Shown: positions 33,041 to 44,107, counted from the first letter of the stretch. The stretch is 64,000 bases of DNA from Bdellovibrionales bacterium (GCA_965203275.1 OZ241865.1:1856001-1920000); one strand, 5' to 3'. Notes: generated by a model from the letters alone, not told the origin. Made by a program: numbers and translations.

Positions 33041-33114
33041 GTTATAGCCTCAGAATATCTATCTGTTTTGCCATGTCATCATTTTTTCCAGTAACAGTAA
33101 CAGAAGTAACCGAT

Positions 33115-33366
33115 TCAGTTAGCTACAGAAATACGAAGATGTTTTTTATTCATTCGTTCAAATAAGACAATACCAGGTGATTTTGCAAAAATGGTGTGAT
33201 CCCTGCCAAGTCCGACATTTCTTCCAGGGTGAAATTGAGTCCCTCTTTGACGAACAATAATCATCCCTGGTTTAACCTTCTGCCCGCCAAATATCTTAAC
33301 ACCTAGCCTCTGACTATGGCTATCTCGTCCGTTTTTGGTACTTCCACCTGCTTTTTTTGATGCCAT
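33115..33366 (-). CDS. rpmA: 50S ribosomal protein L27
   Basis: [16 protein letters not shown]...RQRGT. Confidence 0.97.
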   Translation of the reverse strand: MASKKAGGSTKNGRDSHSQRLGVKIFGGQKVKPGMIIVRQRGTQFHPGRNVGLGRDHTIFAKSPGIVLFERMNKKHLRISVAN

Positions 33367-33378
33367 ATTATATCCTTT

Positions 33379-33720
33379 TTAAGGTGTGATAATTTGATTG
33401 ATCTCAAGCTCTGTAAATGCTTGTCTGTGGCCTTTGAGTCTTCTATGTCTTTTCCTACGTTGTTTTTTGAAGACTAAAATCTTTTTATCCTTACCATGCC
33501 TCCTTACTGTGACCTCTACCTTTGCATGTTGCACAAAAGGATCTCCAAAAAGAGGATTATCGCCTCCAATAGCTAGAACTTCTGTGATTTCAAATTGACT
33601 CCCAGGAGTTTTGTCGATTTTAGCAACCCGCAAATGTTGACCAGGACTGACATGGTACTGCTTACCACCAGATTGGATGATTGCTTTTATAAGAGGTTTT
33701 TGAGAAACTTCAGTTGGCAT
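33379..33720 (-). CDS. rplU: 50S ribosomal protein L21
   Basis: GGKQY...GHRQ; upstream of rpmA. Confidence 0.95.
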   Translation of the reverse strand: MPTEVSQKPLIKAIIQSGGKQYHVSPGQHLRVAKIDKTPGSQFEITEVLAIGGDNPLFGDPFVQHAKVEVTVRRHGKDKKILVFKKQRRKRHRRLKGHRQAFTELEINQIITP

Positions 33721-33835
33721 TATAAAATTCCTTCTTTAAACTTTTAAAATAAATATATAATCAAAATAAGTCAAATATTTTTTTTACGCAAAATAAACAC
33801 ATAAATTAAACTCAGCATAGATTAGGAGAAATCTC

Positions 33836-34423
33836 ATGTGGCTTATTGTAGGTTTAGGCAATCCAGGTCAAAAGTATCAAAGAACCAGACATAACATAGG
33901 GTTTATGTTCCTTGATCATTGGAAAGACAAACTTCTACCTCAAGGGCAACAGGTTAGTAAAAAAGAAGCACAATCTCAAACATATCATGTCAAAATTAAA
34001 GGACAATCTGTTATTTTATGCCAACCTTTAACTTATATGAACCTTTCAGGGTTTGCAGTTCAACCTCTTATGCAATTTTATAAAATTCCTTTAACACATT
34101 TATTGGTCATCCATGATGAGATGGATTTGCCTTTTGGGAGCCTTAAATTTCATAAGAATAGAGGATCTGCCTCTCACAATGGAGTTCAACATATACACAA
34201 TCAGTTAGGAAGTAAAAATTATATGAGAGTAAGGGTTGGGATTGGCAAAGTACAAGCTACTATGGGGAAAGGACATGTCTTAAGTCATTTTTCTCAGGAA
34301 GAACAAAAGCACTTAACCGCTCTGATGGATTGGATGAGAGAAGGTATTGAAGGGCTTTTTGATAAAGGATTTGAAAAGGTAGCCAATGAGTACAATGGGG
34401 CTTTCTTAATGAATGCTACTTGA
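33836..34423 (+). CDS. pth: Peptidyl-tRNA hydrolase
   Basis: LIVGLGNPG, TRHNIGF, YMNLSG, HDEMD, HNG. Confidence 0.96.
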   Translation: MWLIVGLGNPGQKYQRTRHNIGFMFLDHWKDKLLPQGQQVSKKEAQSQTYHVKIKGQSVILCQPLTYMNLSGFAVQPLMQFYKIPLTHLLVIHDEMDLPFGSLKFHKNRGSASHNGVQHIHNQLGSKNYMRVRVGIGKVQATMGKGHVLSHFSQEEQKHLTALMDWMREGIEGLFDKGFEKVANEYNGAFLMNAT

Positions 34424-34455
34424 AAATCACCTTAAAATAAAAGTCATTTTAATAT

Positions 34456-34881
34456 TCAAGAGACAGCTTCTGGATTGTTAAAGCAAAGCAGAATAGGAAA
34501 ACGATTTGCATTCATATCATTTTGTATGGCATCTTCAGAGGAACAATAATTAAATAAATCTTGTTTATTAAATTCTTCTGGATCACAATTTGAAGGGTTT
34601 TTAGAACACATTTTAATTAGAAAATCTGCGTCATAGCTCGCTTCTTGTCCATCAGATAAAGCGAAAGTAAATTCTTCTGTGGCTTCTAGCCCTCTTTCAA
34701 CATATTCTTGGCAAAAATAAGTGATAAAAGAGACATCTAAGGCAATGCAATCTACAGGATTAGATGAAGATGAATCGTTGAGTGATGCAAGTTCCTCTGG
34801 AGATTTCATTGTGATACAGTTCTGTCCTAGAATTAATAAACAAAACAATAATAAAGCACATGTAAAATATCTGTAAACCAT
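34456..34881 (-). CDS. Hypothetical exported or lipoprotein
   Basis: Hydrophobic leader ending GQNC; Cys-rich. Confidence 0.6.
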   Translation of the reverse strand: MVYRYFTCALLLFCLLILGQNCITMKSPEELASLNDSSSSNPVDCIALDVSFITYFCQEYVERGLEATEEFTFALSDGQEASYDADFLIKMCSKNPSNCDPEEFNKQDLFNYCSSEDAIQNDMNANRFPILLCFNNPEAVS

Positions 34882-35040
34882 AATTCTTTATCGGCTTGAA
34901 AGTGTAATGACTTTATATTTGATTTAGGATGTTTTAATAAATAATACTCTAAATTCTAATAATTTATGGTTATAATGCATTTATAATGCTTTAAAAAGGC
35001 TATTTTGGGTTATTTTGACTTTCAGTTAGATCAATTTCAT

Positions 35041-35655
35041 CCGGGATCCGGGATCCGGGATCCGGGATCAGAAGGGAACTTTTTCCTTAACATGGGGTTA
35101 AAAGACGAAGATATCCTCCTTACTAAAAGTAAACGGACTTTTGAGACATTGCTCTTTTTAGACAGCGTAAGCTGTCAGAGCAATGTCCAAAAGTGACCAG
35201 AGGTCAGTTTACTTTTAGTGAGACAAACCCTTAACATGGGGTTAAAAGACGAAGATATCCTCCCTACTAAAAGTAAACGGACTTTTGAGACATTGCTCTT
35301 TTTAGACAGCGTAAGCTGTCAGAGCAATGTCCAAAAGTGACCAGAGGTCAGTTTACTTTTAGTGAGACAAACCCTTAACATGGAGTTAAAAGACGAAGAT
35401 ATCCTCCTTACTAAAAGTAAACGGACTTTTGAGACATTGCTCTTTTTAGACAGCGTAAGCTGTCAGAGCAATGTCCAAAAGTGACCAGAGGTCAGTTTAC
35501 TTTTAGTGAGACAAACCCTTAACATGTAGTTAAGAGATGAGGAGATCCTCCCTACTAAAAGTAAACGGACTTTTGAGACATTGCTCTTTTTAGACAGCGT
35601 AAGCTGTCAGAGCAATGTCCAAAAGCAACCAGAGGTTGGTTTACTTTTAGTGAAA
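35041..35655 (+). repeat. Heptamer tract followed by four head-to-tail module A copies, period 144
   Basis: CCTTAACATG at 35085, 35229, 35373 and 35517. Confidence 0.92.
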
Positions 35656-35658
35656 ATG

Positions 35659-35940
35659 ACGAAGATCATCGAAATTAGATAATAAAAGGTCCGAAAATAG
35701 AAGGCCCAAATGTAATAATATCTACAACAAAGAATATATATAGAGTGTTATGCAGTGCATTTCTGACCGATCGCCTCAAAATTGACCTTCCCTTTCTCTG
35801 AAAAAAGCTTGACCTGGTGGATTTACAAAGTGAAGTAATGATAGATTCAAGGAAAGGAAATTTTGAGGGAAACAACTCACGTATTTCTAAAAAAGGTACG
35901 TATGGGTAACCGAAGATCATCGAAGTTAGATAATAAAAGG
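35659..35940 (-). repeat. Module D element with ~30-bp terminal direct repeats
   Basis: GAAGATCATCGAA(A/G)TTAGATAATAAAAGG at both ends. Confidence 0.8.
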
Positions 35941-35943
35941 TAC

Positions 35944-37203
35944 TTACTTAGGAAAAAGCCCTCTTTGTGACATAGCTTTTTGAAAGCGTTCAAGAGCAAG
36001 GGCTATGGCAGCCTCTCTTAAGGAATATTGCCTTTCTTGAGCATGTACCCATGTTCTGTTAAAAGCAGATGAGATAATAAACTTAAGTCTTTCATTAATT
36101 TGTCTGATAGTCCAAAAATAAGAAGCAATGCCTTGAACCCACTCAAAGTAAGACACAATCACACCCCCTCCATTAGCTAAAATATCAGGTATAACCTCAA
36201 TCCCTTTCTCTTTTAATATCATATCAGCATCTTGAGTGATAGGTCCATTGGCTCCTTCAATAATAATCTTAGCTTGCACTCCTGTAGCATTGTCTTTATG
36301 AATGACTCTGTCCAATGCAGCTAACAATAGAGCATCACATTTCAGTTTTAAAAGCTCCTCATTTGAAATAGATTCTCCATGAGTAAAGCCTGATAAGGTT
36401 TTATTTTTTTGGTAGTATTCTATCAGTTGAGGAACATTTAAACCACCTTTATTGTAAACACCTCCATAGACATCACTGACTGCAATCACTTGCATTTCTC
36501 TTTCAAAAGCTGATAGAGCTGCATGGCTACCAACATTTCCAAATCCTTGAATAGCCAGTTGACAACCGCTAGGATTTATTTGTAGCTTTTGGTACATTTC
36601 TTTCAAGCAGTAAATTGTTCCTAAGCCTGTAGCACTTGTTCTTCCAAGTGAACCGCCAATCTCAATAGGTTTGCCAGTCACTACTCCAGGGATAGAAAAT
36701 CCCTCACGTTGAGAGTATGTATCCATAATCCAAGCCATGATCTGTTCGTTTGTTCCCACATCAGGTGCAGGGATATCTCTCTCAGGTCCTATGAACCTAT
36801 GTAGCTCTGTGGCGTATCTTCTTGTCAAAGTTTGCAGTTCAACAGGAGAAAGCTTATTGGGGTCTACAGCAATACCTCCCTTAGATCCACCTAGTGGAAG
36901 GCATAAAAGAGCATTCTTTAATGACATCAACATTGCAAGAGCTGCCACTTCACTGAGAGTCACAGAAGGATGAAAACGAATACCTCCCTTACAAGGTCCT
37001 AGGGTGTAGTTATGCTGCACACGGTAACCATCAAAAACAACCACTTGGTCATTATCCATGCGTACAGGGACACTAACAATAATAGACCTTTTGGGTTTTA
37101 AAATGCGAACCAAAATATTCTCGTCAATGTCTATTTGACCAGCAACACCACGTAAAACTTTGGTGATATTTTTATAAAGAGGACCTTCAATTATGCTTTT
37201 CAT
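35944..37203 (-). CDS. gdhA: Glutamate dehydrogenase
   Basis: GPCKGGIRFH, GGSKGG, DIPAPDVGT, QGFGNVG, NGGGVIVSYFEW. Confidence 0.92.
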   Translation of the reverse strand: MKSIIEGPLYKNITKVLRGVAGQIDIDENILVRILKPKRSIIVSVPVRMDNDQVVVFDGYRVQHNYTLGPCKGGIRFHPSVTLSEVAALAMLMSLKNALLCLPLGGSKGGIAVDPNKLSPVELQTLTRRYATELHRFIGPERDIPAPDVGTNEQIMAWIMDTYSQREGFSIPGVVTGKPIEIGGSLGRTSATGLGTIYCLKEMYQKLQINPSGCQLAIQGFGNVGSHAALSAFEREMQVIAVSDVYGGVYNKGGLNVPQLIEYYQKNKTLSGFTHGESISNEELLKLKCDALLLAALDRVIHKDNATGVQAKIIIEGANGPITQDADMILKEKGIEVIPDILANGGGVIVSYFEWVQGIASYFWTIRQINERLKFIISSAFNRTWVHAQERQYSLREAAIALALERFQKAMSQRGLFPK

Positions 37204-37487
37204 TTTATATTTAATCCTATTATGATTAATAGTACCTGATATTTGTATGTGATGGCAACACGAATGGTAAAAATTTCAAAAAAATTGTAATATTTTCATA
37301 GTTGAATAAGAAAAACATAATTGATTTTCTAAAAAAGTTCTTCTTCAAAAGCCTTCTTTAAAGATACTCCTGTAAAAATAAACACAATATTTTAAAAAAT
37401 GGCATTCTTGTTGCAACTTTTAATAAAATATTAATAACATAATTGTTTACTGCTAAGGCCAAAGCCTAAAGATAAAAGGAGCTATAT

Positions 37488-38423
37488 ATGCATATTATTA
37501 TAAAGTACAGTTTAGTTTTTGTTTTTTTATGTATTCCTCAAATAGGCATATCTCAAATGCAAACCTCTCATGTTATGCAAGCTGAGGAATCTTTTGACGA
37601 TTTTTTTTACAGGATATTAGACCCTATTGTGCAAAGTCGTTATAGAGGTCAATATAGATTATCTAAATTATTTCTTATAAATAGTTCAAAAGATATTCAC
37701 CAGGGCTTAACTCACCAGGGCATACAAGCATCACTAAACAATCGCAATGTTGCTTTGCATTATACTTTGGTTCATAAGAAGGGGTGGGATGTACCCAAGC
37801 ATATACCCAGAGCTTTAAACCACGTTTGTGACTTACATACCTATAATAATGAACAAACAGATTATTTAGAAATATCATTAGATAACTGTTCTGATCTTCC
37901 TCAAAATGTCAATGGGGATTTAGGAGATTGGATGGGCTTATTTAGAGACTATCGTCGTCAACAAGTTGTGGCCAATGGCCTTATACCTTTGACTTATATC
38001 TTTGTAGAAATTTTAAACAGAGGTGATACCGAAGAAAAAATTCATGTATTTAGAAAGAACTTTATTTCAACAGAAGATCAAGGCAAGTTAAAGACAGCTA
38101 TAGAAAATGGAAGACTTATCTTTAAAAATGACACCCTTGAATTGCTGGTGATAGCACTTGAATATAAAGAATACGAGATAGCTAAAATACTTGTTGAAGC
38201 TCTTATAGAAACAAATATTGATATACAAAATTATGAAATAGGATCTTCATTAGCTCGTTATTTATCCTATCCTGCACATTTAACTTTGTTAGATCTGATT
38301 CAGATCTATTTGTTTGATTATTATACTTATATAGATGATGTTGATTTTGAATATCAAAAATCTCTATTAGAGTCAGCTATTTACGACCTGCTCTATATGC
38401 GGAGATTGCTGACAGGCCAGTAA
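37488..38423 (+). CDS. Exported hypothetical protein
   Basis: AGGAG RBS, signal peptide. Confidence 0.65.
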   Translation: MHIIIKYSLVFVFLCIPQIGISQMQTSHVMQAEESFDDFFYRILDPIVQSRYRGQYRLSKLFLINSSKDIHQGLTHQGIQASLNNRNVALHYTLVHKKGWDVPKHIPRALNHVCDLHTYNNEQTDYLEISLDNCSDLPQNVNGDLGDWMGLFRDYRRQQVVANGLIPLTYIFVEILNRGDTEEKIHVFRKNFISTEDQGKLKTAIENGRLIFKNDTLELLVIALEYKEYEIAKILVEALIETNIDIQNYEIGSSLARYLSYPAHLTLLDLIQIYLFDYYTYIDDVDFEYQKSLLESAIYDLLYMRRLLTGQ

Positions 38424-38444
38424 TTATAATGTTTGGAGGTGTTT

Positions 38445-39089
38445 ATGAAATTTTTTAAAATAATTTTTATCATTTGTTTGATGAATGCTTTTTTGAGTAT
38501 TCATGCTAAGGGACAAAGTCTAAGTGGAATGGAAGCAACTAAGAGACTAAGAGCTTTGTTGATCCCTATAAAAAACAAAATTTATGCCCAAAGTCCGATG
38601 GAGTGGAATCATTATACTTCTTTGATTTGCCTTAGTGACCCCAACCCCATTGGAGTCCTAAACACAACTTTTTATTCATATAGTTTTGATAGGGAGTCTT
38701 GTTTTTGGACTTCAGGCCAAGTACTTACATATTATAAGGCGGATAGCTTTTATATAAAAACTCAAGGAGATAATCCAAAGGTCGATGCTCTTAATAGCAA
38801 TTCTCAATTCTATGGGTATTCTTTTAGAGATTTTAAAGATAACAATAAAAAATGGATTGAAGAATTAGCTACTCAGCTTATAGTTCATAAATTATGGTAC
38901 GGTTCTTTTCAACATGTTGCTCAAGAGCAATCCAAAGAGTTTTATTATGATCATGATCCAAAGGAACTTGGCAGAGAGTGTAGAGATATTTCTGACCATT
39001 TTGAAATCAATCCAGATACTTCTTCAGATATAGAAAGTATTTCTATTTGTCTGACATTACAGCCAGTGGGACAGCCTATTCGTCGATAA
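38445..39089 (+). CDS. Exported hypothetical protein
   Basis: GGAGG RBS before MKFFKI, signal peptide. Confidence 0.65.
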   Translation: MKFFKIIFIICLMNAFLSIHAKGQSLSGMEATKRLRALLIPIKNKIYAQSPMEWNHYTSLICLSDPNPIGVLNTTFYSYSFDRESCFWTSGQVLTYYKADSFYIKTQGDNPKVDALNSNSQFYGYSFRDFKDNNKKWIEELATQLIVHKLWYGSFQHVAQEQSKEFYYDHDPKELGRECRDISDHFEINPDTSSDIESISICLTLQPVGQPIRR

Positions 39090-39140
39090 TAGTTGTTAAT
39101 GGTGGTCTACCTTCTTTTTCTTCCTTTACAGGGTGTTTCT

Positions 39141-39690
39141 CCGGGATCTTAGATCCGGCAACCCGGCATCAGATCCCGGGATGCCTGCTTGCTGGATCCC
39201 GGGAGCGAATGTCTTGTTTCCTTAACATCATATTTATCTGGGATCTGGGATCTGGCAACCCGGCATCAAAAGGAAAAGGTGTAAGAAGGAACTGTTTCCT
39301 TAACATTGTGTAAAAAAACGAAGGGATCCTCTCTACTAAAAGTGGTCAAGCTTTCTAGGTTGCCAGCATTTGAGAAGGCGGTAGCCTTCGGCTGGCAACC
39401 AGAAAGTGACCAGAGGTCAGACCACTTTTAGTGAAAAAAATTAGATAATAAAAGGTCCATAATGATATATACAACAAAGAGTATATATATGGTGTTATGT
39501 AGTGAATCTCTAGCCGATCTCCTCAAAGTTGACCTTCCATTTCTCTGAAATAGGTTTGATCTGGTGGATTTACGAAGTGAGATAATAATAGATTCAAGGA
39601 AGGGAAACTTTGAGGGAATCAATGCACGTATCTCTGAAGAAGGTACGTATGGGTAACCGAAGATCATCGAAGTTAGATAATAAAAGGTCC
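39141..39690. repeat. Module B tracts, module A (39297-39435 plus) and module D (39440-39690)
   Basis: Consensus matches. Confidence 0.85.
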
Positions 39691-39697
39691 AAAATAA

Positions 39698-39973
39698 CTA
39701 TTCCCAATGAAAGGGTTGGGGTGAGATGGATGTTGGCCTTCCAAAAGTAGAGTAAGCTGTAGTACCGATAGGCAAAAGTCCTAAGATGCGTGCTTTTTTA
39801 ATAGCTTTTTTCAAGTGTCTTTGTTGAAAGTGACTTAATTTGGTGATCCGAGCAGGTGTGATCTTAGCTCCTTCAGACAGAAACTTACTTAATGATAGAG
39901 GGTCTTTATAGTCAAAAATATGAGAAGAAGGATAATCTAATCGATATTTTGAACGAATATTCTTTTTTAACAT
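39698..39973 (-). CDS. rpsR: 30S ribosomal protein S18
   Basis: DYKD...[15 protein letters not shown]...[12 protein letters not shown]. Confidence 0.93.
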   Translation of the reverse strand: MLKKNIRSKYRLDYPSSHIFDYKDPLSLSKFLSEGAKITPARITKLSHFQQRHLKKAIKKARILGLLPIGTTAYSTFGRPTSISPQPFHWE

Positions 39974-40135
39974 AATAGCTCCTTTTTTTGATTTTATTGT
40001 TTATTTTATGGCTTATCATAAAAAAAATCAAAAATAAACAAAAAAATCATTGCTTATAAGACTGTTTTTTTATAAAAAAATATCAAATCATTTTTGTAAA
40101 ACTGATATAGTAATATCTTAAAAAGGAGGTTTTTT

Positions 40136-40417
40136 ATGTCTATATGTGAACTCACAAATAAAAAACCAGCAGTGACCAATCTGGTAAGTCATTCTAATAT
40201 CAAAACCAAATCACGGAGCAAACCCAATATCCAAAACAAAAGGCTTTATAGCCATGCATTGAAAAAGAGCTTTACTTTCCGTATTGCTATGAGTACGCTC
40301 CGCACTATAGAGCATAAGGGAGGACTTGATGCTTTTATTTTAAAGCAATCCCCTTCTTTGCTCTCTCAGAGGGCTACATTTATTCAAAAAAAAATTAAAA
40401 AAAAACTAGGGCTTTAA
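40136..40417 (+). CDS. rpmB: 50S ribosomal protein L28
   Basis: CELTNKKP...NLVSHSNIKTK...PNIQ...GGLD. Confidence 0.93.
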   Translation: MSICELTNKKPAVTNLVSHSNIKTKSRSKPNIQNKRLYSHALKKSFTFRIAMSTLRTIEHKGGLDAFILKQSPSLLSQRATFIQKKIKKKLGL

Positions 40418-40449
40418 AACATAAACAAATTTAAAAGGAGTCACAGAAC

Positions 40450-40791
40450 ATGAGTACATTGAATATAGACAAAAATACATTGAATCGTCACCTTCATATT
40501 CGAAAAGGTATGATGGCTACAGTGATCACAGGCAGTGATAAAGGCAAAAGTGGACGTATCTTAGATATTCAATACAAACATCAGCAAATTAAGGTAAAGG
40601 TTCAGGGTGTCTGTTTACAAAAAAGGCATCATAAACAAGGAGGAATAAAATCTCAAGAAGGCTTTATTGATTACTCAAATGTGAAAGTTGATCGTCAATC
40701 TCGACAGCTAAAATCTTCTCAAAATCAAAAGACAACAAAAGCAGAGGACAAAAAAGCTACACAAAGTGCTAGTAGTGATGGGGATGTATGA
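40450..40791 (+). CDS. rplX: 50S ribosomal protein L24-like KOW protein
   Basis: HIRKG..VITGSDKGKSG...EGFIDYSNV. Confidence 0.75.
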   Translation: MSTLNIDKNTLNRHLHIRKGMMATVITGSDKGKSGRILDIQYKHQQIKVKVQGVCLQKRHHKQGGIKSQEGFIDYSNVKVDRQSRQLKSSQNQKTTKAEDKKATQSASSDGDV

Positions 40792-41720
40792 AAAACCTCG
40801 CTTTGGAATTTGTCAAAGTTACAGAAGCAGCAGCCTCTGCTTCTGCCCAATTTATAGGTCGAGGAGATTCTGTGCAAGCAGATCAGGTAGCTGTAAATGC
40901 TATGCGAGAAGCTTTTAATTCTGTAGATATAGATGGGGTGATTGTCATAGGTGAAGGAGAGCGTGATCAAGCTCCCATGCTCTTTATTGGTGAAAAAGTA
41001 GGCCAGAGGAAAAAGGGCAGTCCTCAGCTGGACATTGCCGTAGACCCGCTTGAGGGAACATCCATTTGTGCTAACGCAGGTTATGGAGCCTTGTCTGTAT
41101 TAGCTGTAGCTCTAAGAGGACATCTCTTACATGCACCAGATACTTATATGGATAAGATTGCTGTGGGTCCCATAGCTACTGATGTGATTGATATTACAAA
41201 ATCTCCGACAGAAAATATTCAGGCTGTGGCAGAAGTCCAAGGAAAATCTGTTGATCATATAAGGGTGGTTATTTTAGATCGACCTCGTCATAAGGACCTT
41301 ATAGCAGAAGTCAGGAAAACAGGTGCTACTGTACAGTTAATTGGTGATGGGGATGTGTCTGCTGCTATTATGACAGCACAGAGCTGTGGAGTAGACTTGC
41401 TTTTAGGTATTGGGGGAGCTCCTGAAGGAGTTTTAGCTGCTACTGCTTTAAAATGCCTAGGTGGTAATTTTCAAGGGCAATTGAAATATCGCAATGCTCA
41501 AGAAAGAGAACGTACAATCGCTATGGGTTTGAAAGACCCTGATCAAATTTTAAAATTAGATGACCTAGCATCAGGAGATGTGATGTTTGTGGCAACAGGT
41601 GTGACTCATGGTCCTTTGTTAGAAGGGGTCATCTTTGCTGATCACCAATATTTGACAATGTCTTCTATGATCATTGACTCTGATTCGACTCGTTATCTCT
41701 TAACGACACGTCAAGTGTAA
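40788..41720 (+). CDS. glpX: Class II fructose-1,6-bisphosphatase
   Basis: VTEAAA, IGEGERDQAPML, DPLEGT, DGDV, GGAPEGV. Confidence 0.95.
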   Translation: MKNLALEFVKVTEAAASASAQFIGRGDSVQADQVAVNAMREAFNSVDIDGVIVIGEGERDQAPMLFIGEKVGQRKKGSPQLDIAVDPLEGTSICANAGYGALSVLAVALRGHLLHAPDTYMDKIAVGPIATDVIDITKSPTENIQAVAEVQGKSVDHIRVVILDRPRHKDLIAEVRKTGATVQLIGDGDVSAAIMTAQSCGVDLLLGIGGAPEGVLAATALKCLGGNFQGQLKYRNAQERERTIAMGLKDPDQILKLDDLASGDVMFVATGVTHGPLLEGVIFADHQYLTMSSMIIDSDSTRYLLTTRQV

Positions 41721-41741
41721 AGTGATTGATGTTATAAGAAA

Positions 41742-42042
41742 CTATCTATGATGAAAGGCTAACTCTTTAGGGCTAAACTTATTGATATAATTGACAGCAA
41801 GTTTTTCTTCCTGAGTTTTAGCTACAGTTTGCTCCCCTCTCATAATGAAATGTTGAAAGCTTACATTTTCTTGATATGCTAAGCGAATACTCCCTTTATA
41901 GTAATTTGATTGAGAGGTTAAGTTGACTAAATAACTTCTACCATCCTTTAAAATCACCTTTGTATAAAGACTTTCACCTTCTAACAAGTCGACACCATGC
42001 ACTTCTAGGTCTGCCATGATCATTTCACCGCGGAATTTTGTA
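41742..42042 (-). CDS. Hypothetical protein abutting, possibly truncated by, the IS end
   Basis: ORF 41742-42077, whose first 12 codons are IS-derived. Confidence 0.5.
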
Positions 42043-43416
42043 CCTGAGTTTGACAGTTGATCTGCAGATGTGGACATCTTTTTTTTGAGAATGCTTTATT
42101 TATAGGTGTTAGAGGGATTTGCAAGCTTGAATTTTTGGGATTTTGTAAAAAATCCTAGTGGCACAAAATTCGAATGCAGTGCGTTAAAAAGTCATTTTTT
42201 TCTTGATTTTTTGTTTTTTTGTTCTAGTATATTCTTATGTTCATAAAGAAAACAAAAAACACTAGAGGACAAACTTACTATCAAATAGCTGAAAGGAAAG
42301 ATGGTAAAAGTCACCATAGAACACTTATGTCTTTAGGAAAGTCTAAAGATGATCGATTAGAAGACTTATCCGAACTGATCAGTCGTCATTTAGATATCAT
42401 CTCTGCGAATCAATTAGCTAAAAAAATTGATATAAAAAATACATTTATCTTAGGTCCTCTGCTTATTATAGATGCCATTTTTAAACAGTTAAACCTCTAT
42501 GAATTATTAGCAGATTTGAAGAAAAAACATCCTAAACTGCGATTTGATTTTGTTAAGATTATTTTCACATTGGTTATAAGTCGATTTGTAGAGCCATGTT
42601 CTAAACTGCAAGTTTTTTCACACTGGCAGAAGTTATTTTATCCGGACTTTTTAGAAAAAGAACTTCATCTTCAGGATATTTATCGTTCTTTAGATATTCT
42701 AGCAGAACATAAGGAAGATATAGACTTTATATCTAATATGAATTACAAAAAATACATAAGTCATCCTACTTCAAAAGACAAGCCTCAATTAAATGAAGAT
42801 GCAATAAAAGCATCAGAACAACAAGATGGATTTTTTGGAATTATTACAAATGCAAAAAATTTATCATCTAAAGAGCTTATATTAAATTATAAACATCTTT
42901 GGAAGGTAGAGAAAGCATTTAGAGATATAAAAGGTTTTCTCAAGACTCGTCCGATGTTTCATTGGACAGACAAGAGGATATTAGGTCACTTGGTATTATG
43001 TTTTATATCATATCTTTGTGAAGCTTATTTAAGCAAGAAGCTTTATGAAAAAGGTATTAAATGTAGAGAAGAATTAATGACAGGTCAGAATAAACAAGCA
43101 AGGCAACTGAGTGTTTCAGAAGCAATGTTAAAGTTAAAAGAAGTCAGAGCAGTGCCAGTGACATTAAAGGATAAGACCTTGTGGATGAGAACAGATATCA
43201 CAGGTCATGCAACAGATGTATTTAAAGCAGTCAAAATACCAGCAAAACCCATCAAAGCTTAAAAGTAAAAGTAGAATCATCACAATCTTAATTTTAATCT
43301 TAATAGATTGTCCAAAATTCTGCCACAAAAACAAAAACCTAGTGGCACAAAATCCTTTTCGACTCATAACCTACTGATTTTACTCAACTTTATTTTTGCA
43401 GGCTATCAAACTCAGG
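42043..43416 (+). mobile_element. IS1634-family element, internally deleted
   Basis: Terminal inverted repeats CCTGAGTTTGACAG / CTATCAAACTCAGG; inner CCTAGTGGCACAAAAT at both ends. Confidence 0.88.
42237..43262 (+). pseudogene. IS1634 transposase lacking 200 core residues
   Basis: Joins EHKEDI directly to DFISNMNY relative to the copy at 1-1387. Confidence 0.85.
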
Positions 43417-43582
43417 ATTTGGTTATGGATAAAACTCAAAAGTCTAAAAGAAAGACAATCGAGTATCATCCATTAGGTTTAATAGAATGCTTTGTAAGAT
43501 TTCGATATTTGAGACTTCAAAGAAGGCATGGCAATCAATATAAGAGTAAAGATTGATATGTGAGACAAATATAGAATTGGTC

Positions 43583-44107
43583 TTATTCTGTAGCTCCGGC
43601 CTCTTTTAATAGTCTTTCAATATCAGTATGTCCTTTATTTCTAGCAAACCATAGAGCTGTCTTGCCTTCATTGTCTTGAAGATTGACGTCCGCTCCAGCC
43701 TCTAGCAATAACCTTACAATCTCTGTATGGCCTTCACGGCTAGCCAACATTAAGGCCGTCCAGCCTAATATGTTTTGATGATTGACGTTAGCTCTGGCCG
43801 CTAGCAATGCCCTTACAATATCTGCATTTCCTCTCTTACTAGCATGTATTAAAGCCGTAAGGTTATATGGGTCTTGATAATTGACGTCCGCACCATCTTC
43901 TAGCAATACCCTTACACTCTTTATATGGCCATAATAACTAGCAAATATTAAAGCTCTGCCTCTACCTTCCTTCATCTTGATAATTGATGTTTTAAATAAC
44001 CCTTTGTTTGACGTAAGGAATTCAGCACAAGTCTTCAATGGGTCCATAGATAGAGAATCACTAGAAACAAGCAAAGCAATAAATAGGATAAATATATATT
44101 TTTTTAT
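43583..44107 (-). CDS. Secreted ankyrin-repeat protein; start codon apparently ATG to ATA
   Basis: Ankyrin repeats; family leader KKYIFILFIALLVSSDSL in frame behind ATA at 44107. Confidence 0.8.
   Translation of the reverse strand: MKKYIFILFIALLVSSDSLSMDPLKTCAEFLTSNKGLFKTSIIKMKEGRGRALIFASYYGHIKSVRVLLEDGADVNYQDPYNLTALIHASKRGNADIVRALLAARANVNHQNILGWTALMLASREGHTEIVRLLLEAGADVNLQDNEGKTALWFARNKGHTDIERLLKEAGATE

Noticed and set aside
35085..35655. CRISPR array (also considered for 2830-3790 and 8935-9570)
   Set aside because: Units are 144-290 bp and repeated in full, with no unique spacers; no cas genes in the window
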